Program-made: the position numbers and the translations under genes
NCBI GenBank assembly: GCA_905178155.1
Contig: CAJINV010000001.1
Coordinates: 12,635,136 to 12,699,135, forward strand
Direction of reading: 5' to 3'
Length of the DNA stretch: 64,000 bases
Origin: Amoebophrya sp. A120
Lineage: Eukaryota; Protista; Dinoflagellata
The notes under the pieces: generated by a model
Databases searched by the model: none
Seen by the model: only the letters and a program-made list of their open reading frames with translations
What the model was told of the DNA's origin: nothing
Shown here: in pieces, positions 24,938-35,326 of the stretch
Numbering within the stretch: position 1 is the first letter of the stretch
Layout of the letters: the number at the start of each line of letters is the position of its first letter

Positions 24938-27900
24938 ATGGAGGCGAAGCCGTCAAATTTAAAAGACGTGGAGCCGAGCGAGGGGACCGCAGCTCTGAAG
25001 CTTGCGCCCTTCGCAAGTCCACCGGGGAAGACTGCACTACATCTCGGAAACTTGTTTACCGAAGAGCAGAACCTGGAGATCGCGAGGCTGGGGAAGAATC
25101 TGAGGAAGAAGTGTGTCAAGTCCACTCTCCAGGAGATGCAACAATTTTTGGATCAAGTTCAGGAGGAACACGGCGAAAGGTTTCTCTTCGCAGTCCTCCA
25201 AGCCGGTAATCGTAATGCGAAGCAGGCAATTCACTTCGCGTCGCAGCTCGCGAGCCATGTGGAGGTCTTGCGGCACCTAATCCAACGTCGTGCAAACGTA
25301 AATGCGTGCACCGTGCGGGGACACACGCCATTGCTGTACTTGAAATTCGTTTTTTTCAATGCTCCCCAAAGAAATTTGAATTTGTTTAAAAAAGAATTTT
25401 GCCGTCGTGCACGTTGGACGATGATAAACCCAAACTTTTTTCCCTCCTTCGCACAGGTTCGCCGCCGGACGGGGTCGGTCGGAGCACGTGCATCTGCTGC
25501 TCGACTGTCGTGCGAGTCCTCTAGTCCGCACGGTCTGCGGTGATACTGCCGCGGGGATGGCGGTCGGGCGCGTGGATGCGCAGACGCTCCAACGTCTTCG
25601 CACCGCGGAGGAGCAGGGGGTCCGCCCAAGATTGGCCGACAGTCCCTTGCCGTATCAGTCGCCGATTCTTCTTGTCGATGATGTGTTCGGCGGAACAAAC
25701 AAGCAGGATGACGACCAAACCGATGCTGTAAATTCGGGACGTGCATCAAATCCTGACGACGCATCTGAAGCCGCCGATTTTCTTCTGGCTCAGAACCATC
25801 CAGACGTGATCCGTCGCCCGCGGACCGACTCTTCGTTCGACTACAGCGGCGATTCGAATTTGCACCCGCGCACGAAGGGGAAGAAGAAAAAAGGGCCTGC
25901 GGACAAAAGAGCTATGCTGATTCAGAACAAAGGAGTATCCTGAGTAAAAACGTACCCACACCAGAGTCAGGATGGGGATTTTGCAACACAAACCTAGGAG
26001 CTTTGTGAGTCACGCATGACAAGTTGCGCGATGCAGTGTAGTGCAGGTTAGCAAGTGCAGCCGCGTCACAGATTCGTCTGCTCATCCTGTTCACACCATC
26101 ACAAATTCCAAAACACGACTGGAAATGGCTCTCATGGGGATGCGCATTACAAGTCTTCCTGTCTTTGCAAGTCTGCAATACAACTCTGGTGTGGGTACGT
26201 TTTTACTCAGGATAAGGAGCTGCTGCCAGGAAGAACTCGGACTCCGACACTTCGACTTCTACCACGGGCGGCACCGGCTCCGCGCGTAGTAGCAACGACC
26301 TGGAGCAGGTAGAGCAGCAGAGTCAGGAAAGCGGAGATTTGTCGCCAGCAATGTCATTTGCTCCTGCGCCAAGAAGGGACCAAGAGAGTCAGGAAGCTGC
26401 GAGGGTAGAGAAGCCAGGGTTCTTGTCGCCGCGTGAAAATGAACTACTACCCACATCGCAGGCCGCAGAGCGAATCGAGAGCAAGGCCGACGACGTCGAC
26501 GCGCAGAGCAAGGCCAATCTCCACAGCTACCTGCTACGTGAAGCGACTTCCACGCCAAAAAAGAACACCGCCGCACCAGCAGCATCTACAACTAGGTTGG
26601 ATGATGATCTTTCGTCCGGGGAGCGAATGCGGGGAGATACTACTCGCGAGGACGTCGAGGTCGAGCAGCCGATCGACAGGGAGGAGGTAGAGGAGCTCGT
26701 TATGGGCACCGTAGACAGCAGCAAGTACTTGGACTTTCGGTGCGACCCGGATGCTATTGCAGCGCAAAAGGAACACATTGTGCAGTGCAAGCACTGCCGG
26801 AAAAATCCGTCCAACTGGCGTCACCTTTTCGGGGACGACGAGGCAGGATTTGCGGCGTTGGTTTGCAAACTAGCCCAGTACAACAAAGCGGAGAACTATC
26901 CGGAAGAAAGTGCGGATGTGATCGTCGGAATCAACGCGACGAGGGGTCAACATCAGGACAATTTCTTCATCAATAGTCGTCGCACCGCGGCCGATTCGGA
27001 CATGCCAGACACGGTATCTCAAGAGACGTTCTTCAGCTCTTTTTGTGCGACAACTACGACTTCTGAGGACATGCGGTCCATCGCGATAAAGTTCCTTCGG
27101 GACTTTTACGCCGTCGACACAAGACCTTTCGCGATGGTGATGCAACGGTTCGCGAAAACGCTGGGCGAGGCAGTGCGACGACTCATGGATCGTGCTAGCC
27201 CCGCGGTCTCTGCGTCTGAAAAGGCTGCAGAGCCAATTTTTATCTACATGTCGGCTTTTTTTCAAGAGCCCAACTTTCTCAAGAATCACCCCGAAGACCG
27301 AAAGTGCGTTCGTGTCTGCTGTGCTGCCGCGTTGGAAGCTTTGAGGCACGCGATTGTTCCGCGTGCTGTCTCATCGCCGACGAAAGGAGCGTCATTCGGC
27401 GAAGACACGGGAAACGCGGAGGATGGTCAGCTCAAGAGTGAAGCAAGGGTTGAGGAGGTCTCATCTACACCCTCCGGATTGGGAACTGTCGACGATGCGC
27501 CGTCCGGCGAATGCTTTTACACCGCACCTCTGCGGGGCGACATTCCGTGGTGGGTGGCTAGGATGCAGGACAAGGAAAGGTCTGCGATCGACGGGCCGAT
27601 CTGTTTGCCAGTGGGTCGTGACAAGACAACTGAATCAGGAGCAGGAAAGCAGACACACGTTAATGAGAAGATGAACAAAGCAAGGAAAGAATACACGACG
27701 CCCCGCTTCGCCGCAGTTTCGCTCGCTGAAGTGCATAAGCGCTGCGACTGCGCTGCTACTGCACTGGAGGTACTCGGAATTCTGCAGCTGGAAGCGCGTC
27801 CGAGCACTGCTGAAGACGATGGCGCTGCAATGGAGAAAATCTGGAGCGATTTTTTGCTGGCGGAGCGCTCCTCAGCCGATCAAAACCGCTGCCGTCGCTG

Positions 27901-29275
27901 GTTGCGATGCTTGGAACTCGTCTGCGGTAGTTCTACGACAACTTCTGCAGAAGTTGAGGCAAAGTTGAAAACTGTCGTTTCCCTTGCTGTACAGTCGGGG
28001 TTGGTGCCACAGCTTTTACGAAGTGCAAAGCTCAATGGCGAGCACGCCTGGCACGAGCGGCTGCGCGAAATGCTGGAGACGGCTGAAGAAAATAATGACG
28101 CAGGTGATCATGATCCTGATGCAGGTCCGCGTGTCCTGGATCGGAGGAAAGCAGCGGCCAAGCAGCGGAGACAGCAGCGGCGCCATGAACAAGCAGCGAG
28201 GAGAGAAGAGGAAGATGAATTTGAAGCAGCTGCGAACCGAGCCGGCAATAATGAGAGTGAAGACGAGGAGTACAATTCTGAGGAAAAAATGATCGACGAT
28301 GCTGGTGCACAGGAAAGCAACCGGATCCCGCACGCGCGGTTGGAAGGTCCCATTACCTGGATCGATACAACCGCCGGGCTCGAAGAGATGCAGGGCCTGC
28401 TGAGAAGACAGTACGAAGCATCTTCATCACGCAAAGTCCATGTCGGGCTTGACACAGAGTGGGGATACAGTAAGTCGGGAACAGCCACGAAGTGCTGCAT
28501 GATGACGCTGCAGGTGTCTTTTCTCGACGCAGGGAATAGTAGCAGTAGTGGGTCCTCAGGATCATGGCACAACTACGTTATTGACACGAGCCCGGACGCC
28601 GCATTGAGAAGCGACGAGTACTCCCGTGCCTTGGAAGAGTTTCTCGTCACTGATCTCATGCATCCGTCCTGCCTGCCATTAGGTTTCAGTTTCGGCCACG
28701 ACATACCGAAAATAGCAGCTCTGCTGCAGTGGTTACGAAGTGGTAACACAAATAGTAGACCTGCTGCGGCCAGCACCGAGGAAAAGGACAAACTGGACGT
28801 AGATGTTTTTGTGTGCAGATTCCGCCAGCAAGTGCTCGATGTCCAATATCACACAGAAAAGAGCTGGCAGGGCATATTTGTAATGCAAAAATATATACAC
28901 AAAAATCTGCATTGCATATCCGAAACAGCATGCTATGGGGCCACCCATGACAAATTCTTGTGTGTGTTTGTTTTTGCATCACAGATATGCCCTGCCAGCT
29001 TTTTTCTCTGGGATATCCAGCAGATCTACACGCAATGGCAGGAGAAATCGCAGCGATTGATGCAGAAAAACGTCAAGCGTGGAGCGACGCCCGGGTTGCG
29101 TGCAGTGACCGCCGCCTTGCTCGGGCAGGACTTGAGCAAGAAGGAACAGCGGTCGGACTGGGCACTGCGGCCTTTGACATCGCGGCAGTTGCAGTATGCA
29201 GCGCTTGACGCACAAGTACTGGTGCGGTTAGCGGATATCATACTCAGCAGCTCCTCCAACAAAGCAGATCACTGA
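24938..29275 (+). CDS. Ankyrin-repeat plus DEDDy 3'-5' exonuclease (EXD3/Mut-7-like) protein
   Basis: Ankyrin: AIHFASQ..HVEVLRHLIQRRANVNACTVRGHTPLLFAA across intron 25336-25456. Exonuclease: VGLDTEW, GFSFGHDI, GLRAVTAALLGQDLSKKEQRSDWALRPLTSRQLQYAALDA. Introners E10 and E11 removed. Confidence 0.8.
25936..26214. mobile_element. Introner E10, TIR family D
   Basis: Perfect 32-bp TIR TATCCTGAGTAAAAACGTACCCACACCAGAGT; TSD AGGAG; removal joins ORFs 25488 and 26339. Confidence 0.95.
28847..29015. mobile_element. Introner E11, TIR family E; in frame and stop-free
   Basis: Long imperfect TIRs (~60 bp); TSD TCCAA/TCCAG; element plus TSD is 174 nt; removal gives VLDVQ-QIYTQW. Confidence 0.88.
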
Positions 29276-29783
29276 GGGCGGTGTTGAGATGCGTGGAATT
29301 TTTTCAAATTAGCAGAACTTTGTGAATCAAAATGTACCTCATTTTGCACAAGAACTAATGTACCCTTTTCGGAATTTCTACTTCATGAAGCCGAAGTCTC
29401 TACTTTTGGTGCGAATGACGCTGACATTTTTTGTAGAATTTTTGATCTATGTTCTTTTGGATTCAGGTTTTTGCGCATATGGGTCGACCGGCGACCGAAA
29501 ACCCTCCTGCCTCTTAGGCAGCAGAAAGTGCACGAGTTCATCTTTCGTGTTGTTCTTTACGACTGCGGCACATATAGAGAGGCGTTGTTATCCCCCTTTT
29601 TGCAGAGAGAAGAGCGCGCTTCAAAGAAAGCACCATGAGAGACCTTTCAAGTGGACGCTGCCGTCTTACAAAGACAATCGTGCTACTGTACGATCGTATA
29701 AGTAGAAGTTGGAGTCCTAATGCATTTCCCCATCACAAACACAATCACAAACTTCTCAGACACAACCTTTTTTAGAATAAATC

Positions 29784-30856
29784 ATGCCCGAAACGAGTTT
29801 TCTGGCCGCGAAGGCCACGGCCACTGCCCGGAAAACCGCGAGCGCTGACGCCAATGCGGCAAGTCTTCAGGAACTAGCAGGCTTCGGCATCGGTGCGGCA
29901 AGCGCGGCGGTTGATACTCAACCGTCTGTCCACACGGCATGGCAGCTCTGGCAGGATGGAAAACTGTCGAAGAAGCAGTTCGTCGACGCGTTAGGAGGCG
30001 AGTTGCCGCTGAACACCCTGAAATTGCTCAATCAAGTCGACTGCACATACGCCGAGTTTGTCAAGTCTTTTGGTAAGAAATGAAAAAAATCGATGTTTGA
30101 GCCTTTCTAAGCGTTGCAAACAAAGACCAACTCCAGCTTCTTGCGATGAATTATTTGTTTCCATCTTTCTAGTAAAAAAAAAGAAAAACGAACTACACCA
30201 GGTCGAGAAAATTCGTTCGCGTCTCAGCGCGCAGGCGGCCGCACGCAGTATCGCGACTCGGCGGGTGCGTTAATTTCGGATAATTCAGCTCCGGCCCCAG
30301 CGGTGAGAGTGATCGAAGAAACCGCAAATTACCGCCGTGCCAGTTCCGATGTATCCCGCATGGCCGAGAGGAGTGCGACCTTCAAGGTGCGCAAAGCAAA
30401 CGACGTCTCGCGAAATAACCCGCTGATTGGTGGCAGTGCGCTAGTTGCAGACGAGGCAAATCTGTCCGAGCAGGAGGCGCACATGCAGAGCGCGGTATTT
30501 TATCACGGTTTCGAACAGGACAAAAATTCTCTCTGGGATGTAGATCTTGTGACGTTTTTTGATGAAAGTGCCACACTTTGTATAATGAATCACACAAGCG
30601 CCAAAACCAAACTCAGATCCGCATGTTTCTAGACGGCGAGTTAAAATCGACGGAAATGGGGGAGTTTGTTTGCTCCCTACGCAACTACACGTACAACCCG
30701 CGGCAAGCAACGAGTGGTATGCCGCTCAAAGTGCACACTTTACTGGAAAGGCATCAAGTGAATGGGCCGTTCGGCTTCCGGTACTTGGCACAAACTTTCC
30801 GCGATATCCTGCTTGAGACAGAGCCGGCACCGGCAGCGCCAACAACGGAGGCTTGA
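29784..30856 (+). CDS. Hypothetical small multi-exon protein
   Basis: ORF pieces 29784, 30303 and 30578 separated by AT-rich GT-AG introns (e.g. donor at 30495); exon structure only partly resolved. Confidence 0.5.
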
Positions 30857-31428
30857 AATTTTGTTTTAGGATTTCCGATTATGTGTAGTTCAAAGCCGCT
30901 GGTGTGGTCTGCAGACGAAATCTGAGTACACTAGCCAATATACAAGATGCGCTAAAACTACGGAACGACTGGTATCTCTAATCAAAATGGTTGTCAAACA
31001 ATTTCATAAAGAAGAAGAACATCTTCAGCGCCTCAGCATTTGCTTTCCCGATATTCAATTCTATTCTCATTGATGTACTTCTACAGCAGGAGGATCCTCC
31101 TGAAATTTGGCTGTGACGTTTCGCAGCCCAGGTAGTGTGGTCGAGTTCTTTTCTCGTCTGCTTCGAAAAGATTTTTCTGGCTCGAGGAGTTGAGCGGTAT
31201 GACTATGAGCGAATGTATTGCATTGAGCGCGAAAAGTGCCAAGAAGCATACAGTCTTGAGAATTTTCAGAAATTCGCAAAATTTTTGAGTACTATGCAGA
31301 ACGCAAAGGAGAGTCGGCTGGCAGTCTTATGAACTCAAACTAAACTTTAGTTTTGGGAAAAATCGAGAGAGCAAAATTATCCTTCGATTGAGTGAGTGCG
31401 ACCGGAATTTTATCAGAAGGCGGGCAAA

Positions 31429-34287
31429 ATGGCGGTGAAACAGCCATGCGGTCCGGCTGCGACGTTGATGCTCAACGATGCGCTGACCAGGATCATTTAC
31501 CGCGATGGCAGTCGGGGTCTGCGCCACGAGAAGGAGCAGGGCTTGGCGCCGATGGGAACCGAATCGGTTTTCGGTGATTTTCCCACAGGCTACGGGTCGG
31601 TGAAGAAGAAACCCTACTACGAAAAGCCGCAAAAGTTCGTCAAGACCACCGATGGTAACAAACCACCGCCCCGCGCGGGTGCCACCGACCGACGACCCGT
31701 GAGCCTCACCGAGTTCCGCCGATTCTACGATCGAGGAGACCTGCCAATCCAAATTTTCCATGGCGCAGCAGGCGGCAAAATCGCGTGGAAGGTATGATAC
31801 TTTTTTCAGGACAAGGGGGTGTATTGTACAACTTTAAGTGGCTGCTGTACTTAAGTAGGTACCTGCGCCCGTCGAAGATCTTCTTCGGTATTTAGGACGT
31901 GCTCGTACTGATAGCACCAAAGAGGCCTCGATATCGGGATGCGAATTACTATAGCATGATGTGAAAAATACAAACTGAACAGGTCGAAATTGAGAAGCTG
32001 GATTACCACCACTACCTGCCGTATCGCCAGAAAAAACTGTTTCACTGTAAACTTGTAATGGCAGGAAATGAAATGCATTTCACAACTGTTTGTCTTGCTA
32101 CGCATGCAAGACAGTGGATTTTCAGCTGTGTTTTCCCTTAGGAACCTTGCATGGCAAATTTTCTCTGTCATGTAGAACAAACTTGTGATGCAAAACCTGC
32201 AAAATCTTTACAGTGAAGCATCTTTTTCGTACGATATGCCGATTTTCGTGGACGGCCTCCGCGAACGGGAAGATCCCTACCGATTTCTGGCGGTGCAAGG
32301 CGTGTACGACATGCTCGAGAAGGGCGGATCGAAGATCTTACCGGTAGTGCCGCAGTTGATCATCCCAATCAAAACGGCCTTGAACACACGGTGTGAGGAG
32401 ATCGTGTGCACAACGATCAAGGTCCTCATCCAGCTCGTGCTTTCCGCGGACATGATCGGGGAAGCGCTCGTGCCGTACAGAATTGGATTGCGAAATTGCT
32501 TCTACTCCGCAGGTCTATCTTCATGCGTCTAAAAAAAAAAGAGGAAACAAGAATTTGTGAATCCGCCCGTCGTTTTCGATAAAATTGAAAAACACAAAAC
32601 GTCTCAGGTACTACCGTCAGATTCTGCCAATTTTCAACATCTTCAAGAACCACCAGAAGAACCAGGGGGACCAGATGGACTACGGACAGCGGAAGCGTTT
32701 GAATCTCGGCGAGCTGGTCAATGAAGCTTTGGTATTGAGAGGAAAAATCCCCCCTCCCCATATCGAAAAGGTATCTTTCCGAAAATTTCTGTTGCTGATT
32801 TGTGGCCACGAATCACATTTGTCTTGCAAGAAGACAAGGGCAGAAGCTTCCGCCCCATTATGGAAGCGATTTGTCATGCTGTTGGGCCTAAAGGTCAGCC
32901 GTTTGCAATGCTGACCAACTAGATCCATACGCCCCTCCCTAGCCTGGGGATCTGGCCGTAATGCCTTCCTGCAATACAGTTCTGATTTGTGTACGCAAAT
33001 CCAGCATCACAGATTCAGCTCCGCGAAGACCATCAACTAAAGGGAACCCCATACAACACCAGACCTAGGTGGAGCGTTCGTTCATCGCTGAAGCTTTAGA
33101 ATAAAAATGTACCAAGCAGCGACATAGAATAACATTGTACCTAATGAGCTGCGTTGCTGCCTAGTCCCCTGGTAATAGTAAACTCAAAAAATGAAAACAT
33201 CGACCTGGTATTTCTATTTTCTCACGGACCCCTTCCTCAGACCAATTTTCGTGCGAAAGAAGAAAAATCGTCACTCGTGAAATCGTAAGCGTTGCATTCG
33301 AATCGTAGACAGGCTCGTAGTTGTTCCTTCGTTCTCGAAACAGGTGGTGCTTGGTTGCTTTCGGTCTTTTTCCCAAAAAAGAAAAACCATCAACAGGGAC
33401 AGGGTGAAACTGAGGAAGGAGGAAGAGGATGATGTAAAGAATAGAGTGCAGATTTTCCTCTAAGCTGTGTGGCGTTTACAAGTGTAAGAAGACAGATTTC
33501 CAAGGATTTTGTAGGAAAGTACACTAATATTGAAATGCTAGCACTACAGAAGCGAAGGGTCTTCTAGTCTTACTTATCAATGTCGTATTGCACTGATAGT
33601 TTCCTTCTTTATCCACGGACTTTTACTGTGTTTACTCTCAAAGGAATTGATGCTAAATATCCGGACTGTAGAATGTGATTGTAGATGTTGATACATGGAT
33701 TACAAGATGTATGGGCAAGGTGTCACTGCGTAACTCTCCGCCACGTTGGCGAGTGAAAAGCTCGTTGCTACTGCCTCGGCCGAAATGGATAGAAAGTGAA
33801 AAGATTGTGGATGGAGATGCAGATCGCGGTTTGCAAATGTGGACGCAGGTCGGGAATGGCGAAGAGGAAATGAAGAGGAGGGGAGCAGCAGCATTTATCC
33901 AAAAGGTAGGGCCTAAGGCCACGGGAACGCCGAGCACACCCGCGCACTTCTTCGTGAATCGCCCACCGCTTTTTGTGTGTCGAATCGAAAAAGAAAAATA
34001 ACAAAAAAAAAATCAAAAAGAAAAGTAAAACAATTAAAAGAAAAATCAAAAAAAATCAAAAGAAAAATCAACAAAATCAAAAGAAAAATCAAAAGAAAAA
34101 ATCAAATCGACGCGCCAGAAGCCTAGCAAAAAAAAAAAAATCCAGCATCACAGATTTCCTCTTTGATATGGGGAGGGGGGATTTTTCCTTTTCATATTTG
34201 GAAATTTTTGAGACCCACGGTGGGGAGGACGCTTTCATTAACATCAAATACATGATTCCGTCCTACGAGTCCTGCGTGCTGTCGTAG
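31429..34287 (+). CDS. PACRG: Parkin co-regulated gene protein (axonemal inner junction), copy 1
   Basis: [85 protein letters not shown]; introns 31792-31982 and 32475-32607, plus E12 and E13. Confidence 0.95.
32022..32236. mobile_element. Introner E12, TIR family F
   Basis: Imperfect TIRs (TATCG..AAAAA..TTCACTGTAAA); TSD TGCCG; removal gives HHYLP-IFVDG; site is empty in paralog 2. Confidence 0.92.
33016..34140 (+). mobile_element. Nested 5'-truncated non-LTR retroelement-like insertion, possibly RLE clade
   Basis: TSD (AAA)TCCAGCATCACAGATT at 32997-33015 and 34138-34156; A13 tail at 34128-34140; frameshifted motifs [23 protein letters not shown] and [10 protein letters not shown]. Confidence 0.7.
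33988..34106 (+). repeat. A-rich degenerate tandem repeat (AAAATCAAAAG-like)
   Basis: Repeated aaaatcaaaaga(a) units just upstream of the poly(A) tail. Confidence 0.85.
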
Positions 34288-35326
34288 CTGTTGAAGTAGA
34301 TGCATGCAATTTTTACTTCGACATCAAAACGGTGAATCAGACATTGACATCTTGACTTTAACTTTACTTTCTTACCTCGTCAAACTTAACTGCACGGACT
34401 GGAATCAGAATCGGATTCATTGGGAAACATTTTACTGCTAGCGATGAGCGAATCGAACCTATGAGCGCCAACTTCTATAGGAGGCTGCGTGCTGACCAAT
34501 CGACAGCTTACACTAGGCAGACCTGGCGCCGAAAAATTTCAAGGTCTGCTAAGGTGGGGGGAACAAGAGCCATTTGCTTCTTTTTTTAAGAATGACAGAC
34601 CCTCGAAGACAAAGCCAGCGTCTCGAGGAAGAGAATCGTGTCAAAGTAACTTGAGATAAGTTTTATTCGAACTTCTTTCCACAATTTATCTAGAATATTC
34701 TCCAGTTTTTCACACCACTAACAGTACGAAAAAAAAAACTACTCGTAGTAAACGACACCTACAACAAAACGCTTTTGTAACTTTTGAAAACGCGGCTTCC
34801 AAGTTGAAGCAATAATTTGATTCAGCAGGATGAATGAAGTTTTAACTACAGATACACAACTAGAGGGGTGTCTGGCCAATGATTCTTGCATGGTCGTAGC
34901 ATCCTCCTCAGCGTATATTGTTGTGCGCTGCACAGTTTCAGTTTTCGGATACATGCGCAAGTAGTCGTTGTGGGAGCTCGTCGAGTTGAGACGGTGTTGA
35001 CTGCTTGTCCGTAGTGCACAGAAGGGATTTGTAAACGTCGTAGGTTAGAAATCGTCGAAGTTCAACACTACAACTCTAATTTTATCGTCGGGACCTTTTT
35101 TTCGTCAGCTCTGTCTCTGTGGGTGCGCACTTTCGTCGATTGCCTTTCATCACACACTTGAGCTCTCGTTTCTAAGTACTAGCATCTACTCGAAATACTA
35201 CAAATTTAAACCCCACTGTTCATTTTCAGTTCAGTAGCAGACCACAGGCACCAGTGGAGTGGCGCTTTTTTTTCTGGGTTCTTTGGGCTGGGAAAAATCG
35301 AGTAAATCTTCGCAGTAGAACGAATC

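Larger units (their letters stand above)
32733..34196. mobile_element. Introner E13, TIR family G, enlarged by a nested 1.1-kb poly(A)-tailed insertion
   Basis: TIR core GGAAAAATCCCCCCTCCCCATATC; TSD TTTGG; removal gives [12 protein letters not shown]; site is empty in paralog 2. Confidence 0.92.

Noticed and set aside
33973-34196. Lys-rich ORF fused to the PACRG C-terminus
   Set aside because: Arises from the A-rich tail of the nested insert and the E13 TIR; the true exon starts at ~34202.
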